Notes: a model not told the origin generated them from the letters alone. DNA of 25,132 nucleotides from an uncultured Candidatus Saccharibacteria bacterium (GCA_964632585.1 CAZWBU010000005.1:1209-26340), one strand, 5' to 3'. Counted from the first letter of the stretch, positions 9,034 to 17,413 are shown. Numbers and translations: made by a program.

Positions 9034-10545
9034 CTATTGCCCGGCGGTTTCGGCTGGTGTGGGAGTTGCTTGGGGAAAAAGAACATTTCTCACTTCTCGA
9101 AGGAGCGGTTCGCGGCGGAGGTAGAGGATGCCGAAATAAACGATGATGCCGACTGCGATGTTCGCCGCGACATGAACCCCCGCGCTTTGGAGCGCGAAGA
9201 CGGTGACGGCCATCGCGGCTGTTGCAAAGAGCGCGTTTTTGAGATGCCGTGTTATGTGGAATGGATTGATGCTTCGCACTTTCGTCTGAAGATAAAAGTT
9301 GCTCACGAGTTGTGCGCAGAGCGTTGCCAATGCGCAGCCGATGACACCGTACTTCGGAATGAGGAGGAGGTTAAGCGCGATGTTCGTGAATCCGCCCAAG
9401 GCCGAGTACACCACAAGATTCTTTTGACGGTTGTAGACAACGATGACGTTCGAAAGGAGGAGCGCGGAAAAGTCGGCGAGAAGTGTGAGGAGAAGGATTT
9501 GAAAGGGTAGCGCGCCCGGAACGAATTGTTCTCCAAAGATGAATCGGATGAGTCCATGAGCGACGATGATGCCACCCGCCGTGATGGGGAGTGCGACCAT
9601 ATACGCGGCGCTTACTGCGTATTCGATTGCCGAGGTCATTTTTTCTTTTGATTGCGCGGCGAAGCGTGAAAAGGCGGGAAGAACGCTCAAAGACACGAGC
9701 GAGGGGATGAGGTAGATGAGTTGGATGATGCGTTGAGGAGCGGAGTACCAGCCAACCTCGGTCGAAGAGCGGAACCATCCAAGCATGATGATGTCGGCGT
9801 TGATCATGAGCATGCCAAGCACACCAGAGATGGCAAAGGGCCAGATGGAACGGAAGAGGTTCCGAGCGATGGTTGAAGAAAATGCGGTCAAGATGCCGCG
9901 GAGATATTTCCGGACGAAGAAAGTCGCGACGAGTGTCCCGGCACCGGCACCGGCGGCATAGGCAACGGTGAATGCGCGCACGGTCGGATGGATGGCGAGA
10001 AAGAGGAAACCGAACCCGACGATGAAAAGGTTCGTGAAGCCATAACTCACCGTCTCCCACTCCATGCGTTCATCGGCGTGGAGGATTGCTTGATAGAACT
10101 CGCGGATGCTGTCGAATATCATGATGCATGCGACGATAGGAAAGAGGAGTGCGGCTTTTGCGGTCGTGTTGGCGTCTGCGGTCGGCAGATGCGGGGCGAC
10201 GAAGATGATGAGGATGGCGCCCGCGGCGACGAAAAGCATTTTCAGGCGGAAGGTTGTCGCGATAAGCGTCCGCCGGGCGACTTCATCGGCCGTTTGTGCC
10301 CAGTTGCGGATCAAGACCTGGCTCACGCCCGAGTCGCCGAAGAGTGTAAGAAAAGCGACGATGGTAATCGTATAGTTAAAAACGCCCCATTCGGCGGGGC
10401 CCAGAACGCGGGCGGCATAGATGATGACAAATGCCCGCAGAAAGCGCCCGCCGAAGTTCGATACGGCGAGCCAGAACGTGTTCTTTGCAACGGTCTGACG
10501 GACATTCGAATTCTCAAAGAGAAATGATTTGACGTGCTTGAACAT
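9034..10545 (-). CDS. wzx: Polysaccharide flippase (Wzx/MOP superfamily)
   Basis: About 12-14 hydrophobic segments; KNTFWL, ARVLGP..GVF, DIIMLG..VGWYSA and LIPKYGVIGCA motifs. Confidence 0.85.
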   Translation of the reverse strand: MFKHVKSFLFENSNVRQTVAKNTFWLAVSNFGGRFLRAFVIIYAARVLGPAEWGVFNYTITIVAFLTLFGDSGVSQVLIRNWAQTADEVARRTLIATTFRLKMLFVAAGAILIIFVAPHLPTADANTTAKAALLFPIVACIMIFDSIREFYQAILHADERMEWETVSYGFTNLFIVGFGFLFLAIHPTVRAFTVAYAAGAGAGTLVATFFVRKYLRGILTAFSSTIARNLFRSIWPFAISGVLGMLMINADIIMLGWFRSSTEVGWYSAPQRIIQLIYLIPSLVSLSVLPAFSRFAAQSKEKMTSAIEYAVSAAYMVALPITAGGIIVAHGLIRFIFGEQFVPGALPFQILLLTLLADFSALLLSNVIVVYNRQKNLVVYSALGGFTNIALNLLLIPKYGVIGCALATLCAQLVSNFYLQTKVRSINPFHITRHLKNALFATAAMAVTVFALQSAGVHVAANIAVGIIVYFGILYLRREPLLREVRNVLFPQATPTPAETAGQ

Positions 10546-10606
10546 TGGGTGTAACTTCTACACTATATTTACTGAACCAGTCAAGGGTATCACGACCACA
10601 ACGACC

Positions 10607-11158
10607 ATGCAAAAAAGACGTGCGCGGTACGTATCGCGCAACAGCGAAAAAAACAAAAACCCGATTATCGTGGCCGTTTCGGGAGGGTTTGATCCCGTGC
10701 ATGTCGGCCATATTCGTTTATTTCAACGTGCAAAGAAGTTGGGCGATAAGCTCGTCGTGATTTTAAATAACGATAACTGGCTCCGAAAAAAGAAACAGCA
10801 CGTTTTTATGCCAGAGCAGGAACGCAAGGAAATCATCGAGGCGCTCAGGCCTGTTGATGGAGTGATTCTGACGCGACATACACCCAACGCGAACGACATG
10901 AGCGTGTGTGCCGAGCTTCGGAGGATTCGACCGAATATTTTCGCGAATGGTGGCGATCGTCACGCGGGGAACATTCCCGAAGTAGACGTGTGTAAAGAAA
11001 TCGGCGCGAAGATGGTTTTCAATATCGGCGATGGAGGTAAGGTACAGTCAAGTTCGTGGTTGCTGGGGCGTTATCTTGATGCGGTGAACGGAAGAAAATC
11101 AAAAAAAGGGAGGCATAATCAAAAATTCCACCTCCCGGCGGGATCATCGTTTATGTGA
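10607..11158 (+). CDS. Standalone cytidylyl/adenylyltransferase (HxGH family; RfaE domain II/TagD-like)
   Basis: SGGFDPVHVGH, NGGDR and QSSS motifs. ATG 10607 chosen as the start. Confidence 0.8.
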   Translation: MQKRRARYVSRNSEKNKNPIIVAVSGGFDPVHVGHIRLFQRAKKLGDKLVVILNNDNWLRKKKQHVFMPEQERKEIIEALRPVDGVILTRHTPNANDMSVCAELRRIRPNIFANGGDRHAGNIPEVDVCKEIGAKMVFNIGDGGKVQSSSWLLGRYLDAVNGRKSKKGRHNQKFHLPAGSSFM

Positions 11159-12104
11159 GCGATTCGATGGTCTGTCGGATGCCGGTTTTTAATTCAATCG
11201 TCGGGCGCCACCCGAGAACCTTTTCCGCTTTTCGCGCATCGATCGCGATACGATAAACCTCCCCTTTTCGGTAGGGCGCGTAGATGGGCTTTTGGGTAAA
11301 TCCCGTTGCGCGGGCGACGCCTTCGAAGATCATATTGTCGGTGATGAGTTTGCCCCAGCCGAGATTTACAACCTCGTTTTTGCCCCTCCGGAGCGCGGCA
11401 AGATTCGCACGCACGATTTCAGAGACATGCACGTAATCGCGCGCTTTTGTGCCGTCGCCAAAGATCGTCGGGCGGACGCCGTGCAACATCTGTCCGCCGA
11501 ATATCGCGACGACGCCTGCCTCGCCCTTCGGGTTCTGCCGCGGGCCATAGACATTTGGGTAGCGGAAGATGAAGTAGGGGAAGCTATAGTACTTTGCATA
11601 AAATTTAATGACTTCTTCACCGAGGAGTTTTGAAAGGCCATAGGGAGAAAGAGGCATTGCGGGAGTTGACTCATCGGCGGGGATTTTTTTCGGTTCACCG
11701 TAGATTGCGCCGCCCGTCGAGGAGAAGATGAACTTCCGATGCCTTCCGCGCTTGCCTCGCCGACTTGAGGCGGGACCGTATTCGCCGAAGGAGCGCAGGA
11801 CATTCGCCGTGCCAAGGACATTTGTGGTGTAGGTTGGAATAGGGTCGCGGAGCGATTTTACGACCTCGGCGATCGCGGCGTGGTGGTTTACAACCTCTGG
11901 CCGTTCTTTTTTCATAATTTTGTCCACCAGCTTTGCGTTCCGGATGTCGACTTTATAAAACTTCGCCTTCGGATTTACGTTTTTGCGGAAGCCAGTTTTG
12001 AGATTGTCGATGACCGCGACGTGGTGACCAGATGCGATGTATGCATCAACGATGTGACTCCCAATAAAGCCGGCGCCTCCCGTTACTATAATTCGCTTAC
12101 TCAT
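11151..12104 (-). CDS. galE: NAD-dependent epimerase/dehydratase, UDP-glucose 4-epimerase-like
   Basis: GGAGFIGS, SSTGGAIYG, YGLSK (YxxxK), NVYGPRQ and RDYVHV motifs. Confidence 0.85.
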   Translation of the reverse strand: MSKRIIVTGGAGFIGSHIVDAYIASGHHVAVIDNLKTGFRKNVNPKAKFYKVDIRNAKLVDKIMKKERPEVVNHHAAIAEVVKSLRDPIPTYTTNVLGTANVLRSFGEYGPASSRRGKRGRHRKFIFSSTGGAIYGEPKKIPADESTPAMPLSPYGLSKLLGEEVIKFYAKYYSFPYFIFRYPNVYGPRQNPKGEAGVVAIFGGQMLHGVRPTIFGDGTKARDYVHVSEIVRANLAALRRGKNEVVNLGWGKLITDNMIFEGVARATGFTQKPIYAPYRKGEVYRIAIDARKAEKVLGWRPTIELKTGIRQTIESLT

Positions 12105-13446
12105 AATTTATGAAGAATGATTTTAACGTTTTGGTGATAATTGCCAGATCGAGGATGATTGATCGGTGTTTTAAATAATATACATCGAATGAGAGTTTTT
12201 CAATGACATCTTCGGTCGTTTGGTCATAGCGGTAGTTGATCTGCGCCCAGCCGGTTATACCCGGTTTTATAATGGAGCGGATTTCATAGTACGGGACCTC
12301 TTCGACGAGCTTTTTTACGATCTCCGGGCGTTCTGGTCGGGGACCGACAAAAGACAGGTCACCCTTTGCAATGTTTATGAGTTGCGGTAGTTCATCGAGG
12401 TGTGAAGCGCGGAGGAACTTGCCGATCGGCGTCGAGCGGGGATCGCTTGTGGAGGCCCACTGCGCGCCGTTTCTTTCGGCTGAACCGTCTGGGGCCAAGG
12501 CCTTCATGGAACGGAATTTGTAGAGCGTGAATGGGTTGCCGTGTTTTCCAACACGGATTTGCTTGTATATTGCGGGTCCCGATGAGGTAAGGCGGACGGC
12601 GAGTGCGATCAAAAGTTCGAGTGGCACAAGAAGAACGATGAGCGCGATTGCGCCAACGAGCTCCAAGCCGCGCTTCAGGTCGTCGTAGAAGCGTCGCTCG
12701 CCAATCGCGTGCTCAATGAACCACGATTCGGTGATCTCACGAATCGGTATCTTGCGGAAGACGATCTCATAAAAACTTGAAATATCGCGCACCTCGATGC
12801 CAAGCGCAAGGAGTTCATAGAGCAGTCGGGCGGCCGTTTCATCGTGTTTAAAGGATGCGGGAACGACAATAAGGTTGATGCCGTGTTCGCGCACAAGGCG
12901 TTCAAGATGCTCTGGACTTTGCAGTTCCGTGGGATTCATCCACAGTTTTACTGCGTAGCCGATCTGAGGGTTCGAGGCGATGGTTTCGCGCAGTTCGTGC
13001 GCGCGCTCACTCTTGTCGAGAATGAGTACGCGATTCAATCCTTCTCTGAAGCTCGCGCGGCGGTTGAATGCGTGACGCCACCACGACTCGGCAAGTGCAA
13101 AGATGGCGATGAAGATGAAGAGATTTGTTTTTGGAGTAATGCCGAGGGCAGGGACGAGGTAAAACAGAGCGATCGTAATGAAGGCGTTTACGGCGAGCGT
13201 CGTCGAAAGTGTTTGCAGAAAGTCGAGGTTATTGCGGAGGCGGCGAAGATCGTAGAGGCCTGCAATATAAAATACGAGGATCCAAATAATAAAAATAAGA
13301 GAAAACGGCCCCGCATGTTGTGAGGTGAACTGCTCGTTGAAGTCCAGGCCATAGCGAATGAGGAGTGTCGCTAGGAGCGCGGCATACAAGACGATAATGT
13401 CGCCGATGACGAGGATGGTGATCTTGAATGGATTGGGAATTTTCAT
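12097..13446 (-). CDS. Polyprenyl-phosphate glycosylphosphotransferase (WcaJ/WbaP-like)
   Basis: N-terminal TM helices; KFRSM, LDELPQL, GPRPE and KPGITGWAQI motifs. Confidence 0.92.
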   Translation of the reverse strand: MKIPNPFKITILVIGDIIVLYAALLATLLIRYGLDFNEQFTSQHAGPFSLIFIIWILVFYIAGLYDLRRLRNNLDFLQTLSTTLAVNAFITIALFYLVPALGITPKTNLFIFIAIFALAESWWRHAFNRRASFREGLNRVLILDKSERAHELRETIASNPQIGYAVKLWMNPTELQSPEHLERLVREHGINLIVVPASFKHDETAARLLYELLALGIEVRDISSFYEIVFRKIPIREITESWFIEHAIGERRFYDDLKRGLELVGAIALIVLLVPLELLIALAVRLTSSGPAIYKQIRVGKHGNPFTLYKFRSMKALAPDGSAERNGAQWASTSDPRSTPIGKFLRASHLDELPQLINIAKGDLSFVGPRPERPEIVKKLVEEVPYYEIRSIIKPGITGWAQINYRYDQTTEDVIEKLSFDVYYLKHRSIILDLAIITKTLKSFFINYE

Positions 13447-13556
13447 GTTTAGGATTTAGAACTTAGGATTTAGGACTTGGCAATGTAAGAATAGAAGAAT
13501 AGGAGATGGGATTCTCGAGGTTGGTCTAAGTCCTATTACCTAAGTTCTAAGTCCTG
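13447..13556 (-). repeat. Paired complementary heptamer arrays with no enclosed ORF (empty copy of the 17627-18049 cassette)
   Basis: Minus strand reads TAGAACT TAGGTAA TAGGACT TAGACCA, then about 44 nt, then AGTCCTA AATCCTA AGTTCTA AATCCTA AAC ATG. Confidence 0.88.
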
Positions 13557-14305
13557 CTTCTTATGTCCTTTGAGCTCTTCGTATAGGGTTTGCCGAAGAC
13601 CGTGACCCAGAGGTAATTTAGAGCATAGCGTGCCCCCGTGGCAAGGAGGCCCTCTTTTGCTAGGCGGCGATTGGATGAGGTGACGGTGAACCGATAGTCA
13701 AAGCGCACGCGGCCAATGGTTGAAAGACGCATGGCGGTATCGGTGTCATCACCATAAAATGTGTAGGAGGTGTTGTACCCGTGAATGGCTTGGAGTGCGG
13801 TCTTGCGCATCACAACGTTACCGCCGATGATGAAGGCGCCGCGGCCGAAGATGCGATTGACGAGCGCGATCGGATAAGAAAGAAGATAAAAGACGGTGAT
13901 GAGAACTCTCGCAACACGAGGAGTTTCGGCAAATGTATAGGGACCGCTCAATGCCACGAGATTTGGTTGGCGTTCGAAGGCAGCATATGCTCGGTGGAGC
14001 CATGATGCATCGATCGTGGTGTCGGCGTCAATATTGCCGATGAGGTCGCCAGTCGCGGCACGAAATCCGGTATCACGTGCCTGGTTCGTTCCCTTTCTGG
14101 ATTCATCGATCACCTCGACTCCGGGATAGCGCTCGGCCACAGCGCGGGTCCGATCGGTCGAAGCGTTGTTTACGACGATAATCTCCACGTCGTAGGATGT
14201 GTGCGAGATGGCGCGCATCACCGCGTCGAGACATGCACCGATGAAATCCTCTTCATTATGAGCGGGGATGACAATCGAGAGGCGGGGATAGGTCGACGTG
14301 TCCAT
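13547..14305 (-). CDS. Glycosyltransferase family 2
   Basis: SIVIPAHNEE, VNNASTD and NIDAD motifs. Confidence 0.9.
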   Translation of the reverse strand: MDTSTYPRLSIVIPAHNEEDFIGACLDAVMRAISHTSYDVEIIVVNNASTDRTRAVAERYPGVEVIDESRKGTNQARDTGFRAATGDLIGNIDADTTIDASWLHRAYAAFERQPNLVALSGPYTFAETPRVARVLITVFYLLSYPIALVNRIFGRGAFIIGGNVVMRKTALQAIHGYNTSYTFYGDDTDTAMRLSTIGRVRFDYRFTVTSSNRRLAKEGLLATGARYALNYLWVTVFGKPYTKSSKDIRSRT

Positions 14306-14308
14306 AAT

Positions 14309-15034
14309 TCAACGAATTATTTTCCATTTCTTGCTTATGGCGCGTTTGGTGAACATAACCGCAATGGCATTTCCGGCCCATTCCATAAGGAGGCGTGGCC
14401 AGCCGATCGTGTGTGCGCGCCGTCCGCTGTGAAACACGACGAGTGCTGGATCGAGCCGTGTCTCGCCGATTCGACCGAGACGTCCGAAAAATTCGTAATC
14501 TTCGCTTGCGATGATATGTTCTTGGTAACCTCCTAACTGCGTAAACGCATTTCGCCGAACCATTTGAAACTCTCCCGCCGCTCGGCCGATGTACATGACA
14601 TTATTCACAAGGCGGTGAAATAGATTAAGTGTGCCGAAGACAATGCGATCGCCCCAAGTGGCAACTTCAGGAAATACTCGAATGTTGGCGGTTAATCCGA
14701 CAAGGCGAGGATATTTCGCGAAGGTGGCGAGCGCCTGAGTGAAGAACTCGCGTGGATGCAGTATCTCGACGTCCGCGTCCATGAAGACCAGGTAGTTTCC
14801 CCGTGCCACACCCGCGCCGCGATTTCTTCCCGCGGCGATTGACTGCACCTCATCCGGTTTACGGGTGACTACGCGATCGGCATATTGTTTCGCGATAAGG
14901 ACGGTCCGGTCCGTGCTTCCGTCATCGGCAACAATGATCTCGTGAGGAACGCCCGATAGCCCTTCGCTAAGTTTCTTGAGCGTTTTACCTATCACCCGCT
15001 CTTCTTTGAACGTTGGGATAATGATAGAGATCAT
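14309..15034 (-). CDS. Glycosyltransferase family 2
   Basis: SIIIPTFKEE, ADDGSTD, RNRGA and FMDAD motifs. Start placed at MISIIIP (ATG 15034). Confidence 0.88.
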   Translation of the reverse strand: MISIIIPTFKEERVIGKTLKKLSEGLSGVPHEIIVADDGSTDRTVLIAKQYADRVVTRKPDEVQSIAAGRNRGAGVARGNYLVFMDADVEILHPREFFTQALATFAKYPRLVGLTANIRVFPEVATWGDRIVFGTLNLFHRLVNNVMYIGRAAGEFQMVRRNAFTQLGGYQEHIIASEDYEFFGRLGRIGETRLDPALVVFHSGRRAHTIGWPRLLMEWAGNAIAVMFTKRAISKKWKIIR

Positions 15035-15152
15035 CCCGTTAGAGATAGGAAACATTTGCGTTTCCGTTGGTACACGGCGGGACCTTTTATTGAGATATTA
15101 AGCATGGGTCAATGATTGGACGAATTGGTAGTTGGGTTATCTCTAACGGGAT
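15033..15152. repeat. 120-bp miniature element with perfect 15-bp terminal inverted repeats
   Basis: ATCCCGTTAGAGATA (15033-15047) and TATCTCTAACGGGAT (15138-15152). A related copy lies at 23927-24056. Confidence 0.8.
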
Positions 15153-15745
15153 CATAGCCGGTTTTCGAGGTCGCGTTTGCGCAGCGTGCGGTTGATACCC
15201 CCGAGGACGAGTAGCACGACGATGGTGAGCGCAGCGACAGTCGCGAGTTGGAAACTTTGGTCAATCTTTGCAACTGCCCCGCCGAAGAAGTAGCCGAGCG
15301 CAATAAGAACACCTGTCCACACGAGCTGTCCAATAGCGTTGAAGGCCAGATATTTGCGGAAGGGGATACGCGCGATGCCGGCGGTGATTAGAATCACGAG
15401 CGCAAACCCGAAGCCCATCGTGATTTTCGAAAGAAAGAGAATCTTGTTTTGATGTCGATGGAATGCCTCCTCCGTTTTTGAAACAAGGTCTTCATCGATA
15501 CCTACGAAGTGACCATATTTCCGCACAAGCGGATGGCCGCCGTGATATCCGACGCCGTACCAGAGAACATCAGCGCAGAGATCACCTGCCATGAGCGTGA
15601 GGTACACTGGATAGAAGGAAACGTAATCGAGCCGAAGGAGAATGCCGGAGAGCATCATAATGATGGGACCCTCAATGATAGCGAGCGGGAAAATGATCGC
15701 ATAGCGATACTGAAGAACAAGATGAACGATCGTATCGAGTGTCAT
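15152..15745 (-). CDS. dedA: DedA family membrane protein
   Basis: IEGP motif, GDL..D..WYGVG, ILFLSK and AG..RIPFRKYL..NAIG. Confidence 0.85.
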   Translation of the reverse strand: MTLDTIVHLVLQYRYAIIFPLAIIEGPIIMMLSGILLRLDYVSFYPVYLTLMAGDLCADVLWYGVGYHGGHPLVRKYGHFVGIDEDLVSKTEEAFHRHQNKILFLSKITMGFGFALVILITAGIARIPFRKYLAFNAIGQLVWTGVLIALGYFFGGAVAKIDQSFQLATVAALTIVVLLVLGGINRTLRKRDLENRL

Positions 15746-15788
15746 GTTAGGTTCGCCTTTCTATTCTATCACTTTCTACTCGGTCCCA

Positions 15789-15908
15789 TTGACCCCGCAC
15801 CTTTTCTAGCAACAACTATACAAAATGTTTTTTAGAGCCGAAAGGCGGCTACGCCTTCCATTTTTGATATGCATAAATCTCAATCCGGAAAAGGTGCGGG
15901 GTTGACAC
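15789..15908. repeat. Inverted-repeat element, TTGACCCCGCACCTTT...AAAGGTGCGGGGTTGACAC, long form
   Basis: 14-bp perfect arms at 15792-15805 and 15889-15902, with an internal hairpin AGCCG-AAAGG-CGGCT. The same ends occur at 19336-19385. Confidence 0.82.
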
Positions 15909-15931
15909 CGGTTATTGCGGATTGCTAGAAT
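15902..15931 (+). promoter_or_regulatory. Sigma70-type promoter, probably giving a leaderless dsbA-like mRNA
   Basis: TTGACA-N18-TAGAAT, with the ATG 7 nt after the -10 box. Confidence 0.62.
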
Positions 15932-15938
15932 GGAGCTC

Positions 15939-16700
15939 ATGCAAAACAAACCAGAAGATCAAGACGGAGTAGAGGAAACGGTGGAGTCCAGTGGCGGACA
16001 GTCGGTTGCCCAAAATAATTTTTTACCAATCAGTATCTTTCTCGCGGCGGTGATGATTTCGGGATCGATCTTGTATACGTCGGGCCGGAGCGGAGCTGCA
16101 AATCCTAAGGCGGCGAATAATCCGAGCGTTCCACAGCTTGCCGACATCAAAACCTTGCTTGCCGTTAGTGAACGCGATGTGATCTTGGGCGATCAGAACG
16201 CGCCGGTTACCTTCATCGAATACGGTGACTTCCAGTGTCCGTTTTGTGGTAGGTTCTTCAGTCAGGTTGAACCGCAACTCAAAGAAGAGTATGTGAAGAC
16301 AGGGAAGGTCAAAATGATTTATCGTGATATGGCATTTTTAGGACCGGAGTCGGTGGAGACCGCGAAGGCCGCTGAGTGCGCCAAGGATCAGGGCAAGTTT
16401 TGGCAGTATCACGACGAACTCTTCACCGCAGAGATCAAGGACGGCAAAGAAGGAAATGGCAACCTCAATCGAGCGCTCTTCCTGCAGATCGCGAAGAGTT
16501 TGGCAATGGATGTGAATACGTTTACGTCTTGCTATGACGGTGCGAAGTATGCAAGTGTCGTTGATGAGGCAACGGCGAATGCACGCAACGGCGGAGTGAA
16601 TGCAACGCCGACGAGTTTTGTGAATGGCACGGTAGTTCAAGGAGCTCAACCGTACGAGGCATTTAAAGCCGCCATTGACACCGCACTTGCCGCACGATAG
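15939..16700 (+). CDS. DsbA-family thioredoxin-fold protein with N-terminal membrane anchor
   Basis: TM helix, EYGDFQCPFC, AAECA and NATP cis-Pro loop. ATG 15939 preferred to TTG 15915. Confidence 0.87.
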   Translation: MQNKPEDQDGVEETVESSGGQSVAQNNFLPISIFLAAVMISGSILYTSGRSGAANPKAANNPSVPQLADIKTLLAVSERDVILGDQNAPVTFIEYGDFQCPFCGRFFSQVEPQLKEEYVKTGKVKMIYRDMAFLGPESVETAKAAECAKDQGKFWQYHDELFTAEIKDGKEGNGNLNRALFLQIAKSLAMDVNTFTSCYDGAKYASVVDEATANARNGGVNATPTSFVNGTVVQGAQPYEAFKAAIDTALAAR

Positions 16701-16800
16701 GATTCACTTCACGACGTTCGCATCGGCGGCACGAACATCACGTTTCGCCCGGGGCAATCGACGTAGAACGATAAAGGGCGAAACAAGAACGATTAACGGA

Positions 16801-16998
16801 ATGGATTTTCAGAATCAAACACGTCCGGAGCGCGTTTGGCATCAAGCCGGCGACGCGGACGGCTGCACCGGCGACTGGAAGTGCGCCAAGTGTGGCAAAG
16901 CCATCGACCGGTTGCCGTTCCCTCCGGATCAGGCCCGCTTGGGCCAGCTCCTCTGTCGGGACTGCCACAAAGAGAAGATGGGTGCGTTCCGCCGGTAA
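16801..16998 (+). CDS. Small CxxC-x17-CxxC-like zinc-ribbon protein
   Basis: WKCAKCG..I..LPF.P....LLCRDCH pattern; ATG 16801. Confidence 0.75.
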   Translation: MDFQNQTRPERVWHQAGDADGCTGDWKCAKCGKAIDRLPFPPDQARLGQLLCRDCHKEKMGAFRR

Positions 16999-17020
16999 GC
17001 TCGGCGCCGGGCGCACGCAT

Positions 17021-17050
17021 AAGATCCCCACGCTGGGGATTTTGTGTTTT
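17021..17050 (+). terminator. Intrinsic terminator
   Basis: AAGATCCCCA-CGC-TGGGGATTTT followed by GTGTTTT. Confidence 0.65.
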
Positions 17051-17081
17051 CTTGGTTCTACGATAGAATCGTATGTGCCCT

Positions 17082-17294
17082 ATGATGCTTGCGTGGACCG
17101 AACTTGTTTTGGGAATCTGGATCTTGATATCGCCATGGCTCTTGGGTGCGAGCGCAAATTCGTTGATGCTGTGGAGTAATGTCCTTGTCGGACTCGTGCT
17201 TGTCGTTTTAAACCTGTGGATGATATTTACCCTACCCACACCTCGTGTCGAAGAAGAGGAGGTTCAAAAAACTAACGGTGGTGGGAAAAAATGA
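17082..17294 (+). CDS. SPW-repeat small membrane protein
   Basis: LGIWILISPWLLG motif and two hydrophobic helices. Start uncertain (17073, 17082 or 17085); TAGAAT at 17064. Confidence 0.72.
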   Translation: MMLAWTELVLGIWILISPWLLGASANSLMLWSNVLVGLVLVVLNLWMIFTLPTPRVEEEEVQKTNGGGKK

Positions 17295-17322
17295 TTAAAA
17301 CGTCGAGCAATTAGTTTACCGC

Positions 17323-17408
17323 GAACAGTGTGCAGTGAGCATCGTGTTGAGCATCAAGCCATGCGACCACCTTTCTGTTCACTGCTCACTGCAAGCTACT
17401 CACTTCTA
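17323..17408. repeat. Paired complementary heptamer arrays upstream of glutaredoxin
   Basis: Left CAGTGTG CAGTGAG; right TTCACTG CTCACTG CAAGCTA CTCACTT CTA. Perfect 11-bp inverted repeat TGCAGTGAGCA (17331-17341)/TGCTCACTGCA (17383-17393). Confidence 0.75.
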
Positions 17409-17413
17409 AAAAT

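Noticed and set aside
9037-10527. Long plus-strand ORFs opposite the flippase, and similar antisense ORFs elsewhere (e.g. 1855-2583, 7833-8411, 19800-20450, 23073-23816)
   Set aside because: These are shadows of well-supported genes on the other strand, with no motifs or initiation signals.
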